Source of the DNA: an uncultured Gammaproteobacteria bacterium
GTDB lineage: Bacteria > Pseudomonadota > Gammaproteobacteria > GCA-002705445 > GCA-002716945
DNA: 64,000 bases
NCBI GenBank assembly: GCA_902605525.1
Contig: CACLCV010000001.1
Location: 15,635 to 79,634, forward strand
Reading direction: 5' to 3'
The notes under the pieces were generated by a model. It searched no databases and was not told the DNA's origin. It worked only from the letters and a program-made list of their open reading frames with translations. The position numbers were made by a program, and so were the translations under genes. Positions 38,602-49,592 of the stretch are shown here, piece after piece; position 1 is the stretch's first letter, and each line of letters starts with the position of its first letter.

Positions 38602-39855
38602 TTATGACAATTCAATGGTCTTAAAATCTAAATATTTATGAAGGACACTAGGAATAATAATTTGTTTGCCATCAAAGCAGTTTTCAATAAGTGCAGCAAG
38701 TGTTCTTCCTACTGCAAGTCCAGAACCATTTAAAGTATGTACAAAATTTTTTTCCTTATCTTCTTTGAATTTAATATTAAGTCTACGAGACTGAAAATCA
38801 CCAAAATTACTACAAGATGAGATCTCCCTGTATTTATCCTGACTAGGAAACCAAACTTCAAGATCATAAGTTTTTTGTGATGAAAAACCAAGATCTCCAG
38901 TACATAGTTCTACTATTTGATAAGGAAGCTCTAGTTCATCTAATATAGACCTTGCTTGTAATGTAATATCTTCTAATGCTTGTTGAGAATGATCTGGATG
39001 GACAATTTGAACAAGCTCAACTTTCTCAAATTGATGTTGTCTAATTATACCTTTTGTATCTAAACCATATGATCCAGCTTCAGATCTAAAACATGGGGTA
39101 TGTGCAGTCATCATAACAGGCAGATCTTTAATTGATAAAATCATATCTCTATATATATTTGTTAAAGGAACTTCTGCCGTTGGTATTAGGTATAAGTTAG
39201 AATTTGATATTTTAAACAAGTCTTCTTCGAATTTTGGTAACTGCCCTGTTCCAGTAAGGCTCGCAGAATTACATATGTATGGAACATTATGCTCTATATA
39301 TTTTTTTTTGATGTGTGAAGATAACATAAAATTAATAAGCGCCCGATGAAGTGATGCAACTTTATCCTTCAGTACTACAAAACGTGATTGTGTGATTTTT
39401 ACACCCTCTCCAAAACTAATCATTTGAATGGATTCTAAAATATCTGCATGTTCTTTGGTATTAACACCTTTTGGCTCATTAACTTTTTCTATTAAACTAT
39501 TATCCTTATCAGAATCTCCAATTGGACAAGAAGAATGAGGCAGATTTGGAATATGAAGTAGATGGTCATTTAATACATCTTCCAACTTCTCAAGAGATGA
39601 TTTTAATAATTGTACTTCATCATCAATCTTTTTTGATTGACTCATTAATTTTTCTTTTTCTTCATCAGATGATACTGTTCGAAATGAATCAGATATAATA
39701 TTTTTATCGCCAGCAAGCTGTTCTTTTTTTTGTATAATTTTCTTTCTTTCTTGAGCTTTATCCTCTATAAACGACAAATCTAACTCATAACCCCTGGTTA
39801 ATAATGCATTAGACACATCTTGTGGATTATTCAGAATGTTTTTTAAATCCAGCAT
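38602..39855 (-). CDS. serS: Serine--tRNA ligase
   Basis: 417 aa with an N-terminal coiled-coil arm and class II motifs (FRSEAGS; GSGLAVGRTLAAL). Confidence 0.95.
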   Translation of the reverse strand: MLDLKNILNNPQDVSNALLTRGYELDLSFIEDKAQERKKIIQKKEQLAGDKNIISDSFRTVSSDEEKEKLMSQSKKIDDEVQLLKSSLEKLEDVLNDHLLHIPNLPHSSCPIGDSDKDNSLIEKVNEPKGVNTKEHADILESIQMISFGEGVKITQSRFVVLKDKVASLHRALINFMLSSHIKKKYIEHNVPYICNSASLTGTGQLPKFEEDLFKISNSNLYLIPTAEVPLTNIYRDMILSIKDLPVMMTAHTPCFRSEAGSYGLDTKGIIRQHQFEKVELVQIVHPDHSQQALEDITLQARSILDELELPYQIVELCTGDLGFSSQKTYDLEVWFPSQDKYREISSCSNFGDFQSRRLNIKFKEDKEKNFVHTLNGSGLAVGRTLAALIENCFDGKQIIIPSVLHKYLDFKTIELS

Positions 39856-39860
39856 GTTAT

Positions 39861-42062
39861 TTATAAAATTTCTCTATTACCATTACTTTGTGGTTCTGAC
39901 AGAATACCTTTTGCTTCCATAGCTTCAATTAAATTAGCTGCTCGATTATAACCAATTTTAAGCTTTCTTTGTAAGAAAGATATAGATGTCTTTTTAGTCT
40001 CTTTAACAATATTTACTGCCTCATTATATAATTCATCTGATGTCTCATTTATTTCAGTTTGTGCCTCTGGCTCATCATCATCTAGAAGAATAGATTCAAT
40101 TTCTTCATTACGCTTTTGGTCTCTAAGAAAATCTGCAACTTTTGTTATTTCTCCTTCACTAACATAAGCTCCATGGATTCTCTGAAGTATATTTGTCCCA
40201 GAACCTCTAAATAACATATCGCCAAGACCAAGAAGTTGTTCTGCCCCCATTGAATCTAGAATTGTTCTTGAATCAATATTTGAAGATACTTTAAGCCCAA
40301 TACGTGTTGGGATATTAGCTTTTATGAGGCCAGTGATTACATTAACAGATGGTCTTTGCGTAGCAAGAATAAGATGTATGCCTGCGGCACGAGCTTTTTG
40401 TGATAAACGTATTATCAAATCCTCAACTTTTTTTCCGACAGTCTGCATCATATCCGCAAATTCATCTACAACTACGACGATATAAGGTAATTTTTCATGA
40501 AATCTCTCATTATTTCCCTCAGTTGGTCCATAAACAGAATTAATGCCCTCTTCTTTGTCTTTCTTAATTTTTTTATTGTAGGATTGGATGTTTCTTACAT
40601 TTAGATCCATCATATACCGATATCTTCTGTCCATTTCTTGAACACACCAATGAAGAACGCTTTTTGCTTCATTCATATCTGTAACAACCGGATGCAATAA
40701 ATGTGGTAAGCCTTCATAAGTGCTTAACTCCAGCATCTTAGGGTCTATCATAAGAAACTTTAAATCATCTGTATCATGTTTGTAGAGTAAGCTTACAATC
40801 ATTGAGTGTACTGCTACAGATTTACCTGAACCTGTAGTTCCTGCAACTAGCAAGTGGGGTAATTTATGTAAATCAGCACAAACAGGTTTACCCTGAATAT
40901 CTTTTCCAAGAGCCATGGTAAGAGAAGCTTTTGAATTTTCATATTCTTTTGAACTAATTATATCTTTCAATGACACTGTCTCTCTATCATCATTAGGAAT
41001 TTCAATACCTATATGTGCAGTACCTGGAACTGTTTCAACAACTCTCAGGCTAGGAACTGTCATTGTTCTAGCCAAGTCTTTACTTATAGTATTTATGGTT
41101 GCAGCTTTTGTCCCAGCTACAGGCTCAATTTCAAATAAAGTTACGATTGGACCTGGTTTAACAGCTTTAACTTTTGCAGATATTCCGTAATGACTTAGAT
41201 TTTGTTCTAACATTTCCGACATTAGTTTTAAAGATTCTTCATTATGATTAATTATTTCAGAATCATGTTGTTCAAGAAATTCTAATAGAGGAAGTTTACT
41301 GCTTGAATCACTAAAAAGAATTTGCTGCTTTTCTTTGAACGCCCTTTTACTTTCAATAGGCTTTGATTTTATAATTTCAACTTCAGCATCATTAGATTTT
41401 TTCTCAACTTTGTTATTAAGGTTAGTCTTTTTCTGTTTAGCTAGCTGTATTCTTAAATTGATTTGTTCATACATAGTGATAACTTTGTACTTTGTCTTTA
41501 AATATATATATGTGGATATTTTGATAGCTTTATTTATAGTACTTGATACTGAAATATCGAAATAGTAAGTAAAAGAGTATATAAGGCACATTACAGAGGC
41601 TAGCAAAGAACCATAAGTGCCAATGTAGTTAGTTAAATGGTAAAACGATATATGACCTAGGTATCCACCTGACCCAGCTTGTATATATTCTGAAATCATA
41701 GAGAGACTAAAAAGAAGTATTACAATTAATGATATATTTTTAAAAGATAAAGACTTTTCATTTGTGATTAAAATTCTATATTTCTGTAAAGCTAGATATA
41801 TTAGTAGAGCTGTAAGAAAATAAGAAGTTTTTCCAAGTATCATAAAAGTAATATGAGAAATATATGATCCAAATAGCCCAATGTAGTTATTTATTGTATT
41901 TCCAAGGCCTGTTTTAAAAAAATTAGGGTCTGATGGATCATGAGAGATAATAGATAATGCAAAAAGGAGAGTGAATGCTAGAAAGAAGAAATTGTATATT
42001 TCTTTCGGCAAATAACTCAATTTTGTTTGGGTAAACTTTTTGTTTCTTTTTATTTGAGCCAA
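39861..42062 (-). CDS. ftsK: DNA translocase FtsK
   Basis: 733 aa with N-terminal TM helices, Walker A GTTGSGKS and a C-terminal winged-helix gamma domain (ISFLQRKLKIGYNRAANLIEAME). Confidence 0.95.
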   Translation of the reverse strand: MAQIKRNKKFTQTKLSYLPKEIYNFFFLAFTLLFALSIISHDPSDPNFFKTGLGNTINNYIGLFGSYISHITFMILGKTSYFLTALLIYLALQKYRILITNEKSLSFKNISLIVILLFSLSMISEYIQAGSGGYLGHISFYHLTNYIGTYGSLLASVMCLIYSFTYYFDISVSSTINKAIKISTYIYLKTKYKVITMYEQINLRIQLAKQKKTNLNNKVEKKSNDAEVEIIKSKPIESKRAFKEKQQILFSDSSSKLPLLEFLEQHDSEIINHNEESLKLMSEMLEQNLSHYGISAKVKAVKPGPIVTLFEIEPVAGTKAATINTISKDLARTMTVPSLRVVETVPGTAHIGIEIPNDDRETVSLKDIISSKEYENSKASLTMALGKDIQGKPVCADLHKLPHLLVAGTTGSGKSVAVHSMIVSLLYKHDTDDLKFLMIDPKMLELSTYEGLPHLLHPVVTDMNEAKSVLHWCVQEMDRRYRYMMDLNVRNIQSYNKKIKKDKEEGINSVYGPTEGNNERFHEKLPYIVVVVDEFADMMQTVGKKVEDLIIRLSQKARAAGIHLILATQRPSVNVITGLIKANIPTRIGLKVSSNIDSRTILDSMGAEQLLGLGDMLFRGSGTNILQRIHGAYVSEGEITKVADFLRDQKRNEEIESILLDDDEPEAQTEINETSDELYNEAVNIVKETKKTSISFLQRKLKIGYNRAANLIEAMEAKGILSEPQSNGNREIL

Positions 42063-42155
42063 ATGTACCTCTTTCTATAAGAATTATACAAATTTTTCTT
42101 AATAATATATACATATATAATGGAAACAAATTATTGTGTATAATACCCAGATTAA

Positions 42156-43121
<966 letters not shown>

Positions 43122-43122
43122 T

Positions 43123-43293
43123 TTATATACTATTTCCCATAAAATGCATTCCAAGAATATACACAAAAAGTATAATCAATACATAATAAGCTAACGATAA
43201 AATATAGTGTATAAACTCATACTTGGAGTTAATTTTTTTTCGAGAAAATGCAAGTACTAAAATACCAAGAAATAATATCAGAAGAATTCTCAT
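43123..43293 (-). CDS. Possible small membrane protein, 56 aa (below the ORF-track size cutoff)
   Basis: Hand translation gives MRILLILFLGILVLAFSRKKINSKYEFIHYILSLAYYVLIILFVYILGMHFMGNSI*. Its ATG overlaps the thrC TGA stop (ATGA). The ORF exactly fills the otherwise anomalous 168-nt gap and has two hydrophobic segments. It could also be a chance ORF in AT-rich DNA. Confidence 0.35.
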   Translation of the reverse strand: MRILLILFLGILVLAFSRKKINSKYEFIHYILSLAYYVLIILFVYILGMHFMGNSI

Positions 43294-44705
43294 GATACCT
43301 TCTTGTTAATTATATCTTTTATCTCTTCAATATTATTGTTAGCAATCATCATATTTTCTTCCATAGTATCAAGATTTTTAACTTTGTCTGTAATAAATGA
43401 ATCATTAGATATAATCTTAGATACCGTATCTTTAAATTTCGCAGGATGAGCTGTAGAGAGAGTCACCAGTATGTCATTAGCGGTGGATTGTTTTTTTCCA
43501 CATGATACTCCAACAGCAGTATGAGGATCTAATGTAATATCATGATCAACATAGTATTGAAGCATAATATCTTTTACCTCATCTTCTGTGGCAGTATCAG
43601 AAGAAAAGTAATTGTTTATATATGATCTACTTTTTTCTGATAAATTAAATACCCCTTCTTTTTTCAGACTATGCATTATTTCTTGAATATATCTTGAATC
43701 CTTACAAGAATCATAAACTAATCTCTCAAAATTACTTGATATTTGAATATCAATACTTGGAGACGTTGTGCTCACTACACCTTTAATAGAATGATCACCT
43801 GATCGTAAAGTTCTATCTAAAATATTATTCTCATTTGTTGCTATATTTAGTTTTTTAAACTTTAAGCCCATTTTTTTTGATATATACCCAGCCAAAATAT
43901 CGCCAAAATTGCCAGTCGGCACTGAATAAATTATATTTTCATTATCTTTGATTCTACTAGCTGAGTAAAAATAATATGTGATTTGACACATTATTCTGGC
44001 CCAATTAATAGAATTAATGGCGCCTAAATTATTAGATTTCTTGTATTCTTCATCAGAAAATATTTCTTTAATTATATTTTGACAGTCATCAAAATTACCT
44101 TTTACTGCGATATTGATTATATTTTCTGAATTAATAGTAGTCATAAATTTTCTTTGTGTTGGAGAAATAAGATTATAAGGATGCAATATAAAAACATTTG
44201 ATGATTTAATATTTTCAAAACCATATATTGCAGCAGATCCTGTATCTCCCGACGTCGCACCAAGGATGTTAATATGACTATTATCTCTAGTTAAGTAATA
44301 ATCCATTATTCTCGATATAAACTGCATAGCAATATCTTTGAAGGCATAAGTTGGGCCATGAAATAACTCTAATAAATATTCATTATTATTGATTTTTCTT
44401 AATGGAGTAATTTCATTGTTAGTAAAGTTTTTATATGAGTGGTGTATTATCTCCTTAAGGGTATCTTCAGAAATAGTATCGTCTAAGTAAGGCTTAAAAA
44501 CATTATATGCAATTTCTTGGTAAGACATATCGGAAAATGATTCAATAAGTTTTAAATCAAGTACTGGCCAAGAACTAGGTACATACAATCCACCATCTGA
44601 TGCTAATCCCTCAAAAATTACATCTTTGAAGCCAAGCTCTCTTGCTTTTCCACGAGTACTTTTATAAATCATTGAACTAGATTCAGTCATTATCATTAAA
44701 GACAC
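43290..44705 (-). CDS. thrC: Threonine synthase (long form)
   Basis: STRGK start region and the PLP-Lys context FHGPTYAFKD. The real start is probably the Met at 44672 (MIYKSTRG), 10 nt after the hom stop. Confidence 0.92.
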   Translation of the reverse strand: MSLMIMTESSSMIYKSTRGKARELGFKDVIFEGLASDGGLYVPSSWPVLDLKLIESFSDMSYQEIAYNVFKPYLDDTISEDTLKEIIHHSYKNFTNNEITPLRKINNNEYLLELFHGPTYAFKDIAMQFISRIMDYYLTRDNSHINILGATSGDTGSAAIYGFENIKSSNVFILHPYNLISPTQRKFMTTINSENIINIAVKGNFDDCQNIIKEIFSDEEYKKSNNLGAINSINWARIMCQITYYFYSASRIKDNENIIYSVPTGNFGDILAGYISKKMGLKFKKLNIATNENNILDRTLRSGDHSIKGVVSTTSPSIDIQISSNFERLVYDSCKDSRYIQEIMHSLKKEGVFNLSEKSRSYINNYFSSDTATEDEVKDIMLQYYVDHDITLDPHTAVGVSCGKKQSTANDILVTLSTAHPAKFKDTVSKIISNDSFITDKVKNLDTMEENMMIANNNIEEIKDIINKKVS

Positions 44706-45972
44706 GAATTAGATTAATCTTGCCACTTATATTATCTAAAGATTCAATTGTATTGATAGAAGAAAGAATAGATTTATATGATACAGAATTCGTAATCATT
44801 ACTATTGGGATTAATTTATCATCTTTCAATGGTTCATGTTGTGTAACAGCTTCTATACTAATTTTATGGGATGCAAGAGTAGATGTTACTTCAGCCATTA
44901 CTCCTGGGACATCATTTGCGAATATTCTCAGATAGTATTGACTGCATATATCATTAATATTCATAACGCTAACTAATTCATCATTAGTGTCTTTTTTAGA
45001 ATCGCGATCCAAATCTTTATAACTATAATTACAATAGTCTGAAATGTTTGAAACAACTGCTGATGCTGTAGCATCACCACCAGCTCCATGTCCATACAGA
45101 AGTGATGTGCCAAAACGATCTCCTCGTGCACTTACGGCATTCATTACTCCATCAATATTAGATAAAATATTAGTCTGGTGTATTAAAACGGGATGTGCTC
45201 TGCATTCTATTTGTGAATTAGTTCTTTTTGCTAGTGCAATATGCTTTATCTTATAACCGAGCTCTGTTGCATAATCTATATCCATAGTCTCAATAGATTC
45301 TATACCTTCGATATGCATGTTCTTATATGGTGATTTAATATTGTATGCAAGCATAGCAAGAATAGATATCTTATGAGCTGCATCAAAACCACCTATATCA
45401 AAAGTAGGGTCAGCTTCTGCATAACCTAATTCTTTTGCATTCTCTAAGGCTTCAGAAAAATCTTTTTTATCTGATGACATTTGATCTAAAATATAATTAC
45501 AAGTTCCATTAACTATGCCACTGATAGATAATATATTTTCATTCAACATATTATGCGTTAAAGAATTTATTATAGGCACTGCACCTGCAACTGCAGCTTC
45601 AAAACCAAGGTAGACTTTATTTTTTTTTGATAGCTCAAATAACTCATCGCCATGTTCTGCGATTAATGCTTTATTTGCAGTTATAACTGATTTTTTATTT
45701 TGGATAGCTTTTTTGACAAGTTGAAGTGCAATTTCACAACCCCCAATTAATTCAATTATTAAATTACAATCCGAATCAATAACACTGAGAATGTCTGAGG
45801 AAAATTCAATACTATCATGATTGAATTTTTTTTTATCTATAGATCTGTCAGCGATTATAGCAATCTCTATTTCTTGCCCACAGTTCTTTGATATTAAATC
45901 TTGATATTTAATAAAATGATCAACAAAACTTTTACCAACAGTTCCTAATCCACACACAGCTATCTTAAGCAT
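44683..45972 (-). CDS. hom: Homoserine dehydrogenase (with C-terminal ACT domain)
   Basis: 429 aa with the NAD-binding start IAVCGLGTVGKSF; upstream of thrC. Confidence 0.92.
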   Translation of the reverse strand: MLKIAVCGLGTVGKSFVDHFIKYQDLISKNCGQEIEIAIIADRSIDKKKFNHDSIEFSSDILSVIDSDCNLIIELIGGCEIALQLVKKAIQNKKSVITANKALIAEHGDELFELSKKNKVYLGFEAAVAGAVPIINSLTHNMLNENILSISGIVNGTCNYILDQMSSDKKDFSEALENAKELGYAEADPTFDIGGFDAAHKISILAMLAYNIKSPYKNMHIEGIESIETMDIDYATELGYKIKHIALAKRTNSQIECRAHPVLIHQTNILSNIDGVMNAVSARGDRFGTSLLYGHGAGGDATASAVVSNISDYCNYSYKDLDRDSKKDTNDELVSVMNINDICSQYYLRIFANDVPGVMAEVTSTLASHKISIEAVTQHEPLKDDKLIPIVMITNSVSYKSILSSINTIESLDNISGKINLIRVFNDND

Positions 45973-46030
45973 TTATACTCCTATATAATGAGGATATAAT
46001 ATCATTAATATTTATTAATTTCCCGAGATA

Positions 46031-46393
46031 ATGGAACTAGTTGAAGACAAACATAATAGTGACTTTAATATAAAAAAATATATTAATAACACGATCATAA
46101 TTAATGATAATTCATATTCTGAACCAATAATAATTTTTGACAGAAAAATCTCTAACTTTTCTATAGATAAACCAAATTTAATTAACATCAATGATATTGA
46201 GCAGTACCTTGATTCGATTACGTTAGTACTTATCGGTACGGGAGAAAGTACAATCTTACCTAATCAGGATTTAATAGAGTTAATGTACAAAAGAAATAAA
46301 GGGTTAGAGTTTATGAATACTGATTCTGCATGTAAAACACATAATATATTGTTATCTGAAAGTCGCTCGTTTATCTCAATACTTTATCCATAA
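46031..46393 (+). CDS. Mth938-like (DUF498) domain protein
   Basis: 120 aa. The pattern LVLIGTGEST...LEFMNTDSACKTHNILLSESR resembles the Mth938/NDUFAF3-like family as I remember it. Confidence 0.5.
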   Translation: MELVEDKHNSDFNIKKYINNTIIINDNSYSEPIIIFDRKISNFSIDKPNLININDIEQYLDSITLVLIGTGESTILPNQDLIELMYKRNKGLEFMNTDSACKTHNILLSESRSFISILYP

Positions 46394-46936
46394 AATCAAA
46401 ATAAGTATTACAAATATTGCTATAACCAATAAGTACTTATTAATAATCTTAAGAATAGATTCTCCGTATCGCATACATATAAATGATACGAGGAAAAATC
46501 TTGCTGAGCGCCCGATAATTGAAATGATGGTGAATAAGAATATATTATAACTTAGCACTCCTGCACTTATGGTAAATACTTTATAGGGGATGGGTGTGAA
46601 TGCTGCAATAAACAAAAAGATAATGCCATAAGTCTCGAACATTGATTTCGCCTCTAAATATTGGCCATATTTATTGAATTGATGAAGATAAGTCTCTATT
46701 AAGTCAAATAGATAATAACCTAGACAGTATCCAACTATTCCACCTAATACAGACCAAAAAGAAGCAATGAGTGTAATGCGAATCCAATTATGCTTTCTGG
46801 ACAATACCATAGGGGCTAATAAAGCATCAGTTGGTATTGGGAAGAAGATAGATTCAGTAAAACTAAGTATTCTCAGATAGATTAAAGATTTTGTTGAGCC
46901 ACATTTATTTATTACATTAAAAATAAAGTTTTTCAT
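46376..46936 (-). CDS. YqaA/DedA (SNARE-associated) family inner-membrane protein
   Basis: 186 aa with about 4-5 TM helices. The pattern FFPIPTDALL...GGIVGYCLGY resembles YqaA-type proteins. Confidence 0.6.
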   Translation of the reverse strand: MKNFIFNVINKCGSTKSLIYLRILSFTESIFFPIPTDALLAPMVLSRKHNWIRITLIASFWSVLGGIVGYCLGYYLFDLIETYLHQFNKYGQYLEAKSMFETYGIIFLFIAAFTPIPYKVFTISAGVLSYNIFLFTIISIIGRSARFFLVSFICMRYGESILKIINKYLLVIAIFVILILILWIKY

Positions 46937-47601
46937 GTATTCTCAACACCTTTGAGCATTGGGACAAATACTACATCCTCAATAATCTTTTTTATAATTC
47001 CATTTTTAGCATTCTTTAATTTAGTAAGTTTTTGTTCACCTTTATGCATAAGTGGAAGTACAATTCTTCCTGTAGGTGAGAGCTGATTAATGAGAGTCTC
47101 TGGTAAGTCATCTGCAACTGCTGTAATGATAATGGCATCATAGGGAGCATTATTAGGAAAGCCTAAGTGTCCATCTCCAAGAATGAAAGAAATATTCTTA
47201 AATCCTAAGTGATTTAATTTCTTTTTTGATTGTTCGTGTAATGTGCTGATTCTCTCAATTGTAGTAACTTTTTTAAAAAGCATAGACAATATAGATGTTT
47301 GATAGCCAGATCCTGTTCCAATTTCCAATACATGATTCATGGAATTCGTTTCATGTAATAATTCAGTCATCTTTGCCACCATGTATGGCTGTGATATTGT
47401 CTGCTTGAAACCAATTGGTAATGATACATTTTCATATGCTCTACTAGCTAATGCCGTATCAAGAAATAGGTGTCTGGGCATATTTGAAATCAAGTTTAGA
47501 ACTTCAGAATTTTTAATACCTAACCCCTTAAGTTCATGAATAAGTTTTTCTCTGCTAGATTGTGAAGTTAAGCCTGTTCCTTTTATACTATTTATATCCA
47601 T
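46933..47601 (-). CDS. pcm: Protein-L-isoaspartate O-methyltransferase
   Basis: 222 aa with QTISQPYMVA and the SAM motif VLEIGTGSGYQT; follows surE as in E. coli. Confidence 0.93.
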   Translation of the reverse strand: MDINSIKGTGLTSQSSREKLIHELKGLGIKNSEVLNLISNMPRHLFLDTALASRAYENVSLPIGFKQTISQPYMVAKMTELLHETNSMNHVLEIGTGSGYQTSILSMLFKKVTTIERISTLHEQSKKKLNHLGFKNISFILGDGHLGFPNNAPYDAIIITAVADDLPETLINQLSPTGRIVLPLMHKGEQKLTKLKNAKNGIIKKIIEDVVFVPMLKGVENT

Positions 47602-47604
47602 AAA

Positions 47605-48327
47605 TTATTTTATTTTTTTGTATACTTCGCTGTTAGTCATATCGATTGTAAGAGGTGTAATTGAAATAAACCCTTTCTCAATTGCATAAAAATCATTTCC
47701 TACAGTCGAAATACCCTTTCCTACTTTTCCTATGTTAAAATATGTTTTTTGTTCTCTCTTTAAAATTGACGCTTTGAGCGGGTGCTTTCTTTTGCCAAGT
47801 TTTGTAATCTTTAAACCTTTAATTTTAGAAAATGGAAGGTCAGGTATATTAATATTAATTACAGCTTTATGAGCTATTAATTTGGAAAATACGTACTCAA
47901 TTATACATCTAAGTTTTTGATCAAGATCATCAATGTATTTTGGTTTTTTTGATGCAATTGATATAGCAATAGATCCATATTTAGAGTGTCGTCCTTCAAT
48001 TGCTGCTCCTACAGTGCCTGAATAAATAACATCATCACCCATGTTAGACCCAATATTGACTCCGCTAAATACAATGTCAGGAATTTTTTTCATTATGCCT
48101 CTTGATGCAATATGTACACAATCGGCAGGAGTACCATATATTTTATAAAACTTTGTCGATATTTTTTTAATCTGAACAGGGCTATGAACACTTAAGCAGC
48201 TGCTGGACGCACTTATATCTCGGTGAGGAGCAACTGTAGTAACATTGCCATATTCTTCAAGTACGTTTTTAAGAAATTTCAATCCTGATGACTTATAACC
48301 ATCATCATTAGATAACAAAATATTCAC
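47605..48327 (-). CDS. surE: 5'/3'-nucleotidase SurE
   Basis: N-terminus MNILLSNDDGY and GINIGSNMG-like motifs; 240 aa. Confidence 0.93.
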   Translation of the reverse strand: MNILLSNDDGYKSSGLKFLKNVLEEYGNVTTVAPHRDISASSSCLSVHSPVQIKKISTKFYKIYGTPADCVHIASRGIMKKIPDIVFSGVNIGSNMGDDVIYSGTVGAAIEGRHSKYGSIAISIASKKPKYIDDLDQKLRCIIEYVFSKLIAHKAVININIPDLPFSKIKGLKITKLGKRKHPLKASILKREQKTYFNIGKVGKGISTVGNDFYAIEKGFISITPLTIDMTNSEVYKKIK

Positions 48328-48379
48328 AATTACTCCATATATGGCTATGATTAGTGTACATAATATCTCTTAATCAGAT

Positions 48380-48874
48380 ATGAAAAAAGATAAAAAAATA
48401 AAAGAATTAGATGATTGGCTTAAAAGCTCAAACGATGAAGATTTTGAGAACCATGACGTATCGACATTAAATGAGTATGATCATGAAATATTTGATTATG
48501 ATTTTGATCAAATAATACTCATAGATAATAATAAAGGAATTTTTGAGTATAAAAGAAACGGTGTTCAAGACTATGTTCTTAATAAGCTCAAAAGGAAAAA
48601 TGTATCAGATATTCCAATTGAAATAGACCTTCATGGAGAAACAGTAAAGGATGCAATATTGAAACTTGATGATTTCTTCTCAAATGCATTTGCAGATAAA
48701 GCTGAATTTATAAAGATAATTTGTGGCAAAGGTACGAATAGTATTGATAATATCCCAAAGATCAAAATTACAACTCAAGCATATATTAAAAAATCTTTAA
48801 TTGTTAACGCAGCTTGCACAGCTAGAGATAAAGATGGTGGTACTGGAGTTATCAAAGTTAAATTGAAAAATTAG
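48380..48874 (+). CDS. Smr-domain protein (SmrB/YfcN-like endonuclease)
   Basis: 164 aa with a C-terminal Smr pattern IDLHGETVKDA...IICGKG. Confidence 0.6.
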   Translation: MKKDKKIKELDDWLKSSNDEDFENHDVSTLNEYDHEIFDYDFDQIILIDNNKGIFEYKRNGVQDYVLNKLKRKNVSDIPIEIDLHGETVKDAILKLDDFFSNAFADKAEFIKIICGKGTNSIDNIPKIKITTQAYIKKSLIVNAACTARDKDGGTGVIKVKLKN

Positions 48875-49562
48875 AAATATCATCCTTTGTCAAATAACGA
48901 TACTCTCCTTCATTCATATCATCTAACTCTAAAAAAGAATATTTAGTTCTGTGAAGTTTTAAAGTTTTAATTTTCAAGAAATTTAGGGAGTTACGAATTT
49001 CTCTATTTTTCCCAGAAGATAATATTACTTTGTATATGTTGTTATCTAGTTTTTCTATATTTTCGAACTTCCCTATATCATCATTATTGATAGGAACTCC
49101 TTTGAGTAAACAAATCATATCATTCTTAGTTAAAACCTTATCGGTATGAACTATATATTCCCTTTTAAATGAAAAAGATGGATGCATCAGTATATTTGCA
49201 AGATCACCATCATTTGTGAATAACAACAAGCCAGTTGTCTCAACATCTAGCCTTCCAACATTAATCCATTTACCATCTACATCAGGGAGATTATCAAAAA
49301 CCGTTCTTGCATTGTGTGGATCAGACCTGCTAACAATTTCACCCAAAGGTTTAAAATATTTTATAACTTCAATGTTTTGATAAAGTAAATTATCTACATC
49401 AATATCTTTACCCTTAATGCTTAATAAGTCTCCATGTTTCCATTTATCACCAATTTTTGCTATAGAATCATTTACTTTTATATATCCTGACTCTATTAAT
49501 TTTTCTGCTGATCTTCTCGAGCAGATACCTATTTTGGAAAGAAGTTTTTGAAGTCTATACAT
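48858..49562 (-). CDS. rluB: rRNA pseudouridine synthase, RsuA/RluB family
   Basis: N-terminal S4 domain (RLQKLLSKIGICSRR) and the catalytic Asp in GRLDVETTGLLLFTNDGDLANILMHPS, which is RluB-like. It is only 234 aa, so the subfamily assignment is tentative. Confidence 0.7.
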   Translation of the reverse strand: MYRLQKLLSKIGICSRRSAEKLIESGYIKVNDSIAKIGDKWKHGDLLSIKGKDIDVDNLLYQNIEVIKYFKPLGEIVSRSDPHNARTVFDNLPDVDGKWINVGRLDVETTGLLLFTNDGDLANILMHPSFSFKREYIVHTDKVLTKNDMICLLKGVPINNDDIGKFENIEKLDNNIYKVILSSGKNREIRNSLNFLKIKTLKLHRTKYSFLELDDMNEGEYRYLTKDDISNFSI

Positions 49563-49592
49563 CTTGTTAATAATTGATTATATTAATTATTC

